Assembly (NCBI RefSeq): GCF_947501905.1
Contig: NZ_CANMXL010000004.1
Span: forward strand, 144,777-208,776
Length of the DNA stretch: 64,000 nt
Direction: 5' to 3'
Source: an uncultured Winogradskyella sp.
GTDB taxonomy: Bacteria; Bacteroidota; Bacteroidia; Flavobacteriales; Flavobacteriaceae
A model generated the notes under the pieces. That model made no database searches, was not told the origin of the DNA, and saw only the letters and a list, made by a program, of their open reading frames with translations. Position 1 is the stretch's first letter. Every line of letters begins with the position of its first letter. The translations under genes were made by a program, and so were the position numbers. This document shows positions 9,001 to 18,777 of this stretch, one piece after another.

Positions 9001-10488
9001 TTAATACTTCGCAGCTTTACCATTAGCCGCAGAGTTTTTTATAAACTCACGTAAATCGTCATTTGCTTTAATTAAGTCTTCATTTCTTAAGTACATCATG
9101 TGTCCGCTTCGGTAACCTTTAAAGTAAAAACGGTCTTTCATCTTGCCACTTGGGTCGACTTGCCATTGGCTATATTTTGCTTGAAAATAAGTTGTAGCAC
9201 CATCATAATAACCAGATTGCGTTAGCACTTTTAAATAAGGGTTTTGCGCCATAGCTTGACGTAAGTTTTCTCGAACGTTATCATTAGTCCTATCCCAATT
9301 GCCAACATTACCAAATACATTGTATTTAAGGTCAGTTTTAAAGCCTAATTCGTTCTGAATGTAATAATTAATAGCTGGCGTAAAAGAATGCAGCCACGAG
9401 GTTAATTCTGCACTATAATCGGGGCTCGTACCAGTTTCAACTCTATCAATACCAATATATCTTGAATCTAATCGCCCTATAGTTTGCCCTGTTTTATCGC
9501 GTAATAATTCTTTCCAGAAAAAACGATTTGGTACATCTAGATTTTGTTTTAAAATAACATCTTTAGATAGGCCAGAGTAGTAGCTCATCTTTTCAGCAAT
9601 TGCTTTTCTTTCACTGTCAGAAATAAAACCGCCTTTTGCAATAGCTGGCATCAATTTATTAACAGCAAAATCTTCAGCTTCAGGAAGTATATCTAATAAG
9701 TCCTTGTTTTGTAGTTGACTTGGCAGCATTTTATGATACCAAGCGGCAGCCGTGTAATATGGCAAATTAAGACTTGACGATACTGGCCCACCAACACGTA
9801 ATACTTTATAATCTGCTGGTGATACCATAATTACACCATTAAGGTACATCCATTGGCTATTTTGTAATTCTAATCCTAAACCCATCACACGTGTGCCGCC
9901 ATAGCTTTCGCCAATAATATATTTAGGGGATTCCCAACGGTTATTTCGAGTTACAAACGTATTAATCCAACTTGCTAAGTATTTGACATCTGCATTGATA
10001 CCAAAAAAGGTTTTATCATCCTCATATTTACCATTTTTAAGCATCACTTTTCTGGAATAACCAGTATTTACAGGATTTACAAATACAATATCCGCAACAT
10101 CTAAAATAGAATTTGGATTACTTTTCACACCATAAGGTTGTACAGGGTAGCCTTCATCATCAACATTAAGTACTTTTGGTCCAGTATAAGCAATGTGCAT
10201 CCAAACGGATGCGGAACCTGGACCACCATTAAATGATACAATCAATGGACGTTTATTGCCTTTAGTATCATTGGTGCGTTTGTAATAGGTGTAGTATAAT
10301 GACGCCATAACTTCTCCATCTGCATTCCAAACAGGTTGAAAACCAGTCATAGCTTTATAATTGACGGTTTTACCTTTTATTGTTGCGGAATGCGTTGTTG
10401 TAATAACTGTATCAATTGGTGTTTTAAGATTTTGAGAAAAACTAAAAACAGTAGCGAATAAAAGAAGGTATGTAAATCTGAAAGACAT
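9001..10488 (-). CDS. S10-family serine carboxypeptidase, secreted
   Basis: It has a signal peptide, the GESYGG catalytic serine motif and an NGGPG.S motif. Confidence 0.8.
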   Translation of the reverse strand: MSFRFTYLLLFATVFSFSQNLKTPIDTVITTTHSATIKGKTVNYKAMTGFQPVWNADGEVMASLYYTYYKRTNDTKGNKRPLIVSFNGGPGSASVWMHIAYTGPKVLNVDDEGYPVQPYGVKSNPNSILDVADIVFVNPVNTGYSRKVMLKNGKYEDDKTFFGINADVKYLASWINTFVTRNNRWESPKYIIGESYGGTRVMGLGLELQNSQWMYLNGVIMVSPADYKVLRVGGPVSSSLNLPYYTAAAWYHKMLPSQLQNKDLLDILPEAEDFAVNKLMPAIAKGGFISDSERKAIAEKMSYYSGLSKDVILKQNLDVPNRFFWKELLRDKTGQTIGRLDSRYIGIDRVETGTSPDYSAELTSWLHSFTPAINYYIQNELGFKTDLKYNVFGNVGNWDRTNDNVRENLRQAMAQNPYLKVLTQSGYYDGATTYFQAKYSQWQVDPSGKMKDRFYFKGYRSGHMMYLRNEDLIKANDDLREFIKNSAANGKAAKY

Positions 10489-10517
10489 AAGTTATTTTTT
10501 TAGAAGCCTAAAAATAA

Positions 10518-11288
10518 CTAAAAGCCTTCAAAAACACCTAGTCCAAAAAGTGCAAAATCATATTTCACCGGATCATTGACATCAAGCTTGCGTAGATTCT
10601 TATCTAACTCTGCTAATGCTTTACCATCATTTTGCTTACGTTTTAATAAGCCCAATTTGCGAGCAACATTGCCAGAATGTACATCAAGCGGACAGCTTAA
10701 TTGTCTAGGAGATAATGATTTCCAAATACCAAAGTCAACGCCATTGTTGTCATTACGTATCATCCAACGTAAAAACATGTTAATACGCTTGGCTGCAGAA
10801 TTTTTTAATGGGTCGCTCACATGTTTTTTGCTACGCTCTAAATGTTCTATCTCAAAAAAGTGCTGCTTGAATTTATGTATAGAATTCTGAAGAGAATTGG
10901 TCTCAGCATATTTGGCAAAAACAGCCTCTAAACCATTATGAGTAATATAAATATGTCTGAGGCTAGTTATAAACTGAATAAAGTCATAATCATTAAACGT
11001 ACGATGCACAAAGGATTGTAATTGTTCTAAATCTGAATCTTGGTGTTGCATCACAAACTCAAAAGGTGAGTGGTCAAGCAAATTAGCCATGCGCTTGGCA
11101 TTGGTGATGATGCTCTTACGATTTCCCCAGGCGATAGTTGCGGTTAAGAACCCAATAATTTCTATGTCTTCTTTTTTTGAAAACTGATGTGGTACTTGAA
11201 TGGGGTCACTCTCAATAAACCTTGGGTTATTGTATAGCTCTACCTTATTGTCTAAAAAATCTTTGAGTTCTTCTTTTTTAAGTTTCAA
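10518..11288 (-). CDS. TIGR02757/DUF2400-family conserved protein
   Basis: The IESDPIQ.PH.F....DIEI.GFL.ATIAWGNRKSII pattern is recalled from this family. Function is unknown. Confidence 0.6.
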   Translation of the reverse strand: MKLKKEELKDFLDNKVELYNNPRFIESDPIQVPHQFSKKEDIEIIGFLTATIAWGNRKSIITNAKRMANLLDHSPFEFVMQHQDSDLEQLQSFVHRTFNDYDFIQFITSLRHIYITHNGLEAVFAKYAETNSLQNSIHKFKQHFFEIEHLERSKKHVSDPLKNSAAKRINMFLRWMIRNDNNGVDFGIWKSLSPRQLSCPLDVHSGNVARKLGLLKRKQNDGKALAELDKNLRKLDVNDPVKYDFALFGLGVFEGF

Positions 11289-11360
11289 AAGCTTGAAGTA
11301 TTGTTTTGTAAAAATAATGCTAAAAGAACTATCTTTAGTATAATTATAACATGAAATGTA

Positions 11361-11780
11361 ATGTCTGGATTAGCTACTAAAGAAACCAATAAAAGTGTTA
11401 GTGCTTTTATTGAAAGTATTGATAATGATGCAAAACGTAATGATAGTAAGGTTTTAATTCACTTAATGTCTGAGATTACTGGTAATGAGCCAAAAATATG
11501 GGGAGATAATTTTATAATAGGTTTTGGGAAGTATAACTATAAAAGGAAGAATGGCAAAGAAGAGTTTGAATGGTTTAATGTTGGTTTTGCACCTCGCAAA
11601 TCTAAAATCACCATTTATCTCACTTTTGATATTGAGAAAGAGCAAAAACTAATGCCTAAACTTGGAAAATTTAAGTATGGAAGAGGCTGCCTTTATATTA
11701 ATAAATTGGCAGATATAGATATAGCAATACTAAGGCTACTCATTTCTAAAAGTAAGGATGCCAAATGGAATCAGTTTTAA
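11361..11780 (+). CDS. DUF1801 (YdhG-like) domain protein
   Basis: The 139-aa protein has V..FI.S......R.D...L..LM and a layout typical of DUF1801. Confidence 0.55.
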   Translation: MSGLATKETNKSVSAFIESIDNDAKRNDSKVLIHLMSEITGNEPKIWGDNFIIGFGKYNYKRKNGKEEFEWFNVGFAPRKSKITIYLTFDIEKEQKLMPKLGKFKYGRGCLYINKLADIDIAILRLLISKSKDAKWNQF

Positions 11781-11892
11781 AACACTAACTTAGCTAAACT
11801 TCTGATATTATATATGTTTCTGATTTCTAGTGGAATTATAAAAACAAACTCATATCATTTTAGTTGTAAATAATTTAAATAACATTAATTCC

Positions 11893-13242
11893 ATGAAAAG
11901 CATTAAGCCATTATTAATTATATGTTTTGTATTATTTACAAGCTATGTTTCAGGGCAATTATGTGACCAAGATAAAAGGTTTACATCAGTTGAGTATTTC
12001 TTAGACTCCCAAATAGATTCTCTTAAAAATGTCACATATGGTAATGCCATTGATTATAAAGGGAAATCTCAAAATCTAAAAATGGACTTTTATTTTCCTG
12101 ATAATAAATTAGATACAGTTGAAAAGCGTCCTTTCATACTTCTTATTCATGGTGGTGGTTTTGTTGGCGGACAAAAAGAAGGTTTCGCATATCACTGTAA
12201 GGAACTCGCAAAAAGAGGTTATGTAGCTGCAACCATGAGTTATCGTCTTGGGTTTGATAAAAATGTCATGGGCGAAAATGCAAAAGCAGTATATAGAGCA
12301 CAACAAGACACTCATACAGCACTCAATTATGTATCCAAGCAAGCAGAAAACTTAAGAATAGATACGCAATGGGTCTTTGTGGGAGGGTCTAGCGCTGGAG
12401 CAATCACCTCACTATATGCAGGCTTTGCGAATCAAGCAGAATGGAATAGTGTATTGCCACAATTTGAGTCTTTACTTGGTCCATTAAAAGCATCAGAGGA
12501 CAGTCAGGCTCAAAATATTTCTATAAAGGGTATATATAATAAGATGGGAGCAGTTTTTCCAATGGTGTTTACTTCAGGTGATTTAATTCCTGCCATTTCA
12601 TTTCATGGTGATAAAGATAAAACAGTACCAATTGGCAAAAGTCAAATTGCTGGATTTGGATCTACACCAATTCATGAAATATTGACCAAAGCAGGTGTTT
12701 GTAACAATCTTACCATAGTTCAAGGTGGCGGTCATAGTATTTATATATCTAAAGAAGGGGAGGACTTTAGGATTAATCGAATTGCCAATTTCTTTAAAAG
12801 TTTGATTTGTGATAGTTGTACGAGTAATGTATTTAAAGATCAAGTAGATAATAATCGTACAGAGATTACCTTTGAGGAATTAGATGCAATCAAGAATGGA
12901 AGTATTCAGGAATTAGATGCGCTAATTGATGTAAAAAAAATAGATAAATGCCATGGAATACAAGGTGGATTGTATAATTATCTAGCATTTAGCATAAAGT
13001 TAGAATCTTTTGAATCACTAAAATATTTTGTAAATAAAAAAGCGAATTTGGAGGGTAATTGTACTGGAAAAACACCCCTCATGTATGCTGCTAAATATGG
13101 GCAATTAGATGCTGTTAAACTCTTACTTGAAAATGGCGCAGATTTAAAATCGACCAACAACGGGAAATCAGCACTAGATTATGCTTCAGATTATGGACAC
13201 TCAGAAATCAAAAAATATTTAGAAGACTACAAATCCAATTAA
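11893..13242 (+). CDS. secreted alpha/beta-hydrolase (esterase/lipase, HGGG type) fused to C-terminal ankyrin repeats
   Basis: It has a signal peptide, an HGGGF oxyanion motif and a GGSSAGA nucleophile elbow. The C-terminus contains GKTPLMYAAKYGQLDAVKLLLENGADL and GKSALDYASDYGHSEIKKYL, which are canonical ANK repeats. Confidence 0.75.
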   Translation: MKSIKPLLIICFVLFTSYVSGQLCDQDKRFTSVEYFLDSQIDSLKNVTYGNAIDYKGKSQNLKMDFYFPDNKLDTVEKRPFILLIHGGGFVGGQKEGFAYHCKELAKRGYVAATMSYRLGFDKNVMGENAKAVYRAQQDTHTALNYVSKQAENLRIDTQWVFVGGSSAGAITSLYAGFANQAEWNSVLPQFESLLGPLKASEDSQAQNISIKGIYNKMGAVFPMVFTSGDLIPAISFHGDKDKTVPIGKSQIAGFGSTPIHEILTKAGVCNNLTIVQGGGHSIYISKEGEDFRINRIANFFKSLICDSCTSNVFKDQVDNNRTEITFEELDAIKNGSIQELDALIDVKKIDKCHGIQGGLYNYLAFSIKLESFESLKYFVNKKANLEGNCTGKTPLMYAAKYGQLDAVKLLLENGADLKSTNNGKSALDYASDYGHSEIKKYLEDYKSN

Positions 13243-13273
13243 AACTATTTACAACTACACGTATAACTCGAGA

Positions 13274-13654
13274 TTATTTCACAGCTACCATACTAATTTC
13301 CACATTAACAAACTTTGGTAAGTTAGCGACTTCAACCGTTTCGCGAGCAGGTGCTGTCGCTTCATTAAAATAGGTGGCATAAACCTCATTAATCTGTGAG
13401 AAGTTATGCATATCGCTAATAAAAATCGAGGTTTTAATCACATTTTCAAAAGTCATATCAGCAGCAGCTAAAACCGCCTTCATGTTTTCCATAACTTGCT
13501 TAGTTTCGGTTTTAATATCATCTAAAACCAATTCCATAGTATCAGGGTCTAATGCTATTTGCCCTGAGGTATATAATGTATTTCCTGATAAAACGGCTTG
13601 GTTATATGGACCAATAGGTGCGGGTGCTTTTGAGGTGTTTATTATTTTTTTCAA
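13274..13654 (-). CDS. ridA: RidA/YjgF-family reactive-intermediate deaminase
   Basis: It has the APAPIGPYNQA....N.LY.SGQI motif. I prefer the internal TTG start, which gives MKKIINTSKAP (126 aa, the typical length), over the track's TTG at 13684. Confidence 0.8.
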   Translation of the reverse strand: MKKIINTSKAPAPIGPYNQAVLSGNTLYTSGQIALDPDTMELVLDDIKTETKQVMENMKAVLAAADMTFENVIKTSIFISDMHNFSQINEVYATYFNEATAPARETVEVANLPKFVNVEISMVAVK

Positions 13655-13709
13655 GATTATGAAGTTTAAGGTTTTGTACTTCAAAAATAAGTAATAAAAC
13701 CGACTCTTA

Positions 13710-16517
13710 TTAGTTACCTAAACGCTGATCTGGCTGACGACGTTGCTCGTATTTTAAGTCTTTTAAGAAGTTAGACTTAATACCGATAAAGAAATTCCAA
13801 GATGATAAATTACTAAATGGTACCCAAGAAAAATTCATACGCCAACTCAATAAATCGCGTTCAAAACGGAATTGCGTAAACGTAAAGCCTTTGTTTAAAA
13901 AATCATAACCGGATGATGCACCAACAGTCCATTTAGGTGATAACTCTATATCACCAGAAAACATTAATGAGTGTGATGCAATTTGGTCTTGACGTCTTGT
14001 ATTATTATAATTCACGGCATAGGCAAGTCGTAAATTCCATGGAATTTTATAGTTGTAATCTGTAAGATTGGCTTCTTTTTCTTTTTGGCGCTCTTTATCT
14101 TCTTCAGTGTAAATGCGGTCTGTGAAATCTTCGGTACGTCCAAATAAGTCATCGGTACGACCATTAGCTCGCACAGATTCATCACGTTCGCGTCTATCCT
14201 TTTCAGACTCTGGTTTTCCACTGAAAGAATCGTTGTTGAGCGAGTAGCTCATATTCATGTTAGCAGCCGTTAAACGAAACAGACTACCACCATTATCAAT
14301 ATTGAAGGTATTGATTTTATTGTTGTTATTGTCTAATGCGTATGGGTCTAAAGTCGCTGAAAAATTCACAGACATTTTATCCTTTAAAAATTTTAGCCCA
14401 CCGTTAATACGTAATGGTGCTAAGTTTAAAGAATCTGCAGCTAAATCATAGCGCGTGCTAAAATTTAAGTTATTGATTAACGTAATCTTCTTTGGTTCTG
14501 TTTCTGTAGAATCTTTAGAACGGATTTTTGCTTCAAAATTATTACCAATATCTAAGCCTATTGAACTAGAGTATCGATTATTTGGTGCACCAAAAATGGA
14601 GCCTTGGAATCTGGTAAATTCTTCTACTTCTCTAATAGTATTGCCATCTGCATCAACTGTTTCAAAGGTTTCAAACTCTTCAAAATATTGATCAAAAGCG
14701 GGTTGAACGGTATAACTTATTGATGGTCGCATAACATGCCTAATGGCTTGTATTTTTGCGTCTTTATTCTTTTTATTAAACGGAAACATACCATATAAGG
14801 TTGTTCCAATATTAGCACTAAAATTATAAGTTCTAAAGCTGTCAAAGCCATTGATATCAGTAGTTATAATTGATTGTGTGTTTTCATCAAAGCTACGTCT
14901 TATGGTGTTTAAAGTCCAATTTTCTTGAAATGTTGTACTTGCACTGACACTAAAATAATCAAATAGCTTAAAGTTTGTTGTTAGTGGGATTGTATGTTGC
15001 ATACCAGCTAAAGCATCATCAAACATTTCACTTTTGCCAAATAAAGAATCTGTGGTCGTAATACGATATTCTGCTCTAGAATTGTATTGAAAATTGATGT
15101 TTTGAATAATTCCTTTTTTGGCACCACTTTTTGGAGCAAAAGGAAACACTCTACCAACAGAAACCTGTAAAGTAGGTAAGGTGAGGTTTATTTGCTCAGT
15201 TTGCGTGTTCTGAGAATGTGTTGCAGTTGCATTAACATTAACCTGTGGTTCTCCAGGAAATGTTTTGGAAAATGAGACTGAAGATGCTAGCGTGTTATTT
15301 TGTGAGTTAACAATGTTATTTTGGTTAACAGATTGTCTAAAAAACTGACTACTACCTAAATTGACTGAGGCCGAGAATCTAGAATTTGGGTTTGCTTTTG
15401 TGTCTTGTGTATGAGACCATCTTAAGTTATAGATAGTATTCTGCGTAAAATCAGGAAAACCTCGCTCGCTGGTCAATAAATTTTCATACCTAAACGCTAG
15501 ATTTCCATTAAAACGATAACGCTCGGCATAATTACTTTCTATACGTAAACCATAACTTCCATTGGTGTAATAATCACCAAGAACTGCCAAGTCTAAATAA
15601 TCACTAATAGCAAAATAATACCCGCCATTTTGTATAAAATAACCACGATCACTACCTGTGTCTTCACCAAAAGTAGGGAAGATGATACCCGATTTTTGTT
15701 CTTTACTCAGCGGAAAGTATGCAAAAGGTAAGGCGATAGGTGTAGGTACACCATAGATTTCCATATAGGTAGGGCCAACTACGATTTTCTTTCCTGGTAC
15801 TAGTTTAATTTTGTCTGATATAAACTGATATTCAGGATCATCAAGGTCTTCTGCTGTAGTAAAACGTGCATCTTTCATGAAAAGCGTAGAATCATTTTCT
15901 CGCTTTGTTAGTGGCGCAAAAATGTTCATTCCAGAATCTTCAGTTCTAGAATTAAAAATGATGGCCTTTTTATTTTCTTTATTAAAAATGATAGAGTCAG
16001 GCTCAACTTTGTTTTGCGCTTGTGTAAAAACAGGCTGCTGTGAGTAACCTGTTGAATCCTTTAAACGACCTGCATAGATTAGGTTGGTGTTGTTATCTAT
16101 AACAATAACCCCAGCAGTAATCTCCATATCTTGATACTTTACAACTGCTTTATCGTATAGATATATTTTTTGTTCTTTGTTATTGAGAGTAACACGACCA
16201 TCTGCACTATAAGTCACTTTATCTTCTAAAAATTCTTTTGGTTTTTTAATAGAATCGCTCTTTATAGAATCCACAACCTTTAGGTTTGGTTTAGGTTTTA
16301 TTAAAGAATCTACAGAAATAGTCGTACTGTCTTTTTGTATTGGCTTAGGTTTTACAGCAGGGATTTCTGGCTTAGGTTTGTTTGGAATATCCTGAGTATA
16401 GCCAAAAGTGTTAATAAACACTGTAAAACTAAGGGCAAAAAGTATCTTTAGGCTATTTGTACGCAAACCTTTAAATGGTATTTTTGTAAAAGAATGGCTC
16501 GGTTTTTGAAACCCCAA
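13710..16517 (-). CDS. lptD: large outer-membrane beta-barrel protein, putative LPS-assembly protein LptD
   Basis: The 935-aa protein has a signal-like N-terminus, an OstA-like region and a long run of aromatic-terminated beta strands. It is divergent from an amidase gene, as in other flavobacteria. The start is a TTG and is uncertain. Confidence 0.55.
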   Translation of the reverse strand: MGFQKPSHSFTKIPFKGLRTNSLKILFALSFTVFINTFGYTQDIPNKPKPEIPAVKPKPIQKDSTTISVDSLIKPKPNLKVVDSIKSDSIKKPKEFLEDKVTYSADGRVTLNNKEQKIYLYDKAVVKYQDMEITAGVIVIDNNTNLIYAGRLKDSTGYSQQPVFTQAQNKVEPDSIIFNKENKKAIIFNSRTEDSGMNIFAPLTKRENDSTLFMKDARFTTAEDLDDPEYQFISDKIKLVPGKKIVVGPTYMEIYGVPTPIALPFAYFPLSKEQKSGIIFPTFGEDTGSDRGYFIQNGGYYFAISDYLDLAVLGDYYTNGSYGLRIESNYAERYRFNGNLAFRYENLLTSERGFPDFTQNTIYNLRWSHTQDTKANPNSRFSASVNLGSSQFFRQSVNQNNIVNSQNNTLASSVSFSKTFPGEPQVNVNATATHSQNTQTEQINLTLPTLQVSVGRVFPFAPKSGAKKGIIQNINFQYNSRAEYRITTTDSLFGKSEMFDDALAGMQHTIPLTTNFKLFDYFSVSASTTFQENWTLNTIRRSFDENTQSIITTDINGFDSFRTYNFSANIGTTLYGMFPFNKKNKDAKIQAIRHVMRPSISYTVQPAFDQYFEEFETFETVDADGNTIREVEEFTRFQGSIFGAPNNRYSSSIGLDIGNNFEAKIRSKDSTETEPKKITLINNLNFSTRYDLAADSLNLAPLRINGGLKFLKDKMSVNFSATLDPYALDNNNNKINTFNIDNGGSLFRLTAANMNMSYSLNNDSFSGKPESEKDRRERDESVRANGRTDDLFGRTEDFTDRIYTEEDKERQKEKEANLTDYNYKIPWNLRLAYAVNYNNTRRQDQIASHSLMFSGDIELSPKWTVGASSGYDFLNKGFTFTQFRFERDLLSWRMNFSWVPFSNLSSWNFFIGIKSNFLKDLKYEQRRQPDQRLGN

Positions 16518-16630
16518 AATTACATATATTTTTTTGTGATTGATTTAATATTACAATTAAAGTTTCAAATATAGTCGAGCTAAATAAAATAAGGTAATAA
16601 ACATAGATTAATTGCCGTTTTAAAATTTAC

Positions 16631-17761
16631 ATGAAAACGAATAAGAATTACATATTAGTATTAGTGCTTACAGCATTTATCACATCTTTAACATCTTTTA
16701 GTTTTGCTCAAGCTCCAGATAATAGGTTTATAGTGGTATTAGATGCAGGTCATGGTGGTAAAGATCATGGTAATATTGGTAATGGTTATAAAGAAAAGGA
16801 TATCTCTCTAAAGGTAATGTTAGAGTTAGGTAAAGAGTTAGAAAAATTAAAAAATGTAAAAGTAATCTATACTCGAAAGACTGATACGTTTATTGATTTG
16901 TGGAAACGTGCTGATATTGCTAATAAAGCTGACGCGGATTTGTTTGTGTCTATTCATTGTAATTCAGTGGCTAATCCTAAACCTTACGGAACAGAAACAT
17001 GGGTTTTAGGAGAAAAAAATACAGGTAGAAATTTTGAGTTTGCAAAGCGTGAAAACGAAGTGATTTTTTTAGAGGAAGACTACGAAAAGAACTATGCAGG
17101 TTTTGACCCAAGTTCTCCGGAGTCAACTATAGCCATTGGGATTGAGCAAGAAGTTTATGTAGAGCAAAGTATTCTTTTGGCTCGTAAGATTGAAGATGCA
17201 TTTAAAAATAAAGTAAAACGTAAGAGTAGAGGCTTAAAACAAAAAAGTCTATTGGTTATTAGAAATACATACATGCCTAGTGTATTGGTTGAATTAGGAT
17301 TTTTGACCAATAAAAGAGAAGGCGCTTTTTTAAATACAAAAGCAGGCCAATCTAAAATGGCAAAAGCTATTAAAGAAGCCATTATTGATTATAAAAATGA
17401 ACTAGACCAAAATATTGGCGAAAGTATTTTTGTGGATACAGATGAAACCATAATAGAAACTGACACTGCAGAAGTAGAAAGACAAACAACACGCGTTATT
17501 GAAGATGTTACTTTTAAAGTGCAGATTGCGGCGAGTTCAAGAAAACTAGAGACAAAACCTTATAATTTTAAAGGCCTATCTGATATAAGTCGTGAAAGTC
17601 TAAATAATCTTTATAAGTATTATTATGGCGCAACTTCAGATTATAATCAGGCAAAATTTCTTGAAGAAACTGCTAAATCCAAAGGCTATACGTCCTGTTT
17701 TATAGTAGCATACAAAAACGGAAAGAGGATTCCAGTAGAAGAGGCGCTTAAAAGACGATAA
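16631..17761 (+). CDS. N-acetylmuramoyl-L-alanine amidase (Amidase_3) with C-terminal SPOR domain
   Basis: It has LDAGHGGKD and SIHCN motifs. The C-terminus FKVQIAAS...Y.YYYG......A......K.KGY...FIVAYKNG matches a SPOR domain. Confidence 0.8.
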   Translation: MKTNKNYILVLVLTAFITSLTSFSFAQAPDNRFIVVLDAGHGGKDHGNIGNGYKEKDISLKVMLELGKELEKLKNVKVIYTRKTDTFIDLWKRADIANKADADLFVSIHCNSVANPKPYGTETWVLGEKNTGRNFEFAKRENEVIFLEEDYEKNYAGFDPSSPESTIAIGIEQEVYVEQSILLARKIEDAFKNKVKRKSRGLKQKSLLVIRNTYMPSVLVELGFLTNKREGAFLNTKAGQSKMAKAIKEAIIDYKNELDQNIGESIFVDTDETIIETDTAEVERQTTRVIEDVTFKVQIAASSRKLETKPYNFKGLSDISRESLNNLYKYYYGATSDYNQAKFLEETAKSKGYTSCFIVAYKNGKRIPVEEALKRR

Positions 17762-17821
17762 AATAGAACCCTTCTTAACTATTTTATTCCTAATTTTGTT
17801 ATTAACCAAAGATCAAAAACA

Positions 17822-18769
17822 TTGAAAATTTCTAGAGAAGTTAAAACTGCCGTACTCGTTATTTCTGGAGTGCTTCTTTTCATATATCTTTTTAATTACC
17901 TTAAAGGCCAAGACCTGTTTTCAGATGAAGTAGAATTCTACACGGAGTTTGAATATAATGCATTGACAATGTCATCTCCAGTTACCATTATGGGTAATAT
18001 TGTTGGTAAAGTAGAGAATATTAAATATGATTTTCAAACAGGAAAAACTAGAGTTGAATTTTCTGTAGACCCAAGATTAGAGTTTTCTAAAAGTTCTAAA
18101 ATTCGTTTGTACGAAACTGGAATTATGGGTGGTAATGCCTTAGCTGTAATAGATTCTAACGAAGGGACAAAAGCAAAAAAAGGAGATTTTATTCAATCTG
18201 AAATCCAACCAGGTTTAATTTCTTCATTAAAAGATAATTTTTCAGGTTTAAGTACTAATCTAGATAAAACATTACGCTCTGCAGATACACTCATGGTAAG
18301 TCTTAATGGATTAGTAGCAGACGAATCTGACGCTGGGCTAAAAGCGACAATCAAAGAACTTAATTCAACTCTGAAATCATTTAAAAACTTATCGTATTCT
18401 ATTCAAGGTGTAGTTAAAAGGAATGATGAAAAGATTGCTGCTACTCTAGAAAGCTTTAAAACTGCAAGTGCTAACCTTTCCATCTTATCAGAAGATTTGA
18501 AAAAGGCTGAGTTATCTAAAACTATTGCTGATTTTGACAAGACATTATTAAATATAAATACTCTTTTAGCAAGTTTTGAAAAAGGAGAAGGTTCCTTAGG
18601 TAAGCTTCTTAAAGATGACAAGTTGTATAATAATCTTGAGGCAGCTTCTAAAGAAATGGAATTATTATTATTAGATATAAAGTTACATCCTGCACGTTAT
18701 AGACGCATATTGTCTAAAAAAGAGATTCCATACGAAGCGCCTACTGAAGAACAAAAACAAAAGAACTAA
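17822..18769 (+). CDS. MlaD/MCE-family protein
   Basis: It has an N-terminal TM helix (MKISREVKTAVLVISGVLLF), an MCE-like beta domain and a coiled-coil tail. The start codon is TTG. Confidence 0.7.
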   Translation: MKISREVKTAVLVISGVLLFIYLFNYLKGQDLFSDEVEFYTEFEYNALTMSSPVTIMGNIVGKVENIKYDFQTGKTRVEFSVDPRLEFSKSSKIRLYETGIMGGNALAVIDSNEGTKAKKGDFIQSEIQPGLISSLKDNFSGLSTNLDKTLRSADTLMVSLNGLVADESDAGLKATIKELNSTLKSFKNLSYSIQGVVKRNDEKIAATLESFKTASANLSILSEDLKKAELSKTIADFDKTLLNINTLLASFEKGEGSLGKLLKDDKLYNNLEAASKEMELLLLDIKLHPARYRRILSKKEIPYEAPTEEQKQKN

Positions 18770-18777
18770 ATCATTTC

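Noticed and set aside
10576-10890. A 104-aa antisense ORF inside the TIGR02757 gene. The same class includes 143-376, 2686-2904, 3061-3282, 14012-14691, 32293-32556, 36809-37024, 37913-38167, 51546-51896, 58614-58880 and 62737-62970.
   Set aside because: All are fully nested in, or out of frame with, well-supported genes. They have Ser/Leu/Cys-rich compositions typical of non-coding frames, and none shows a recognisable motif.
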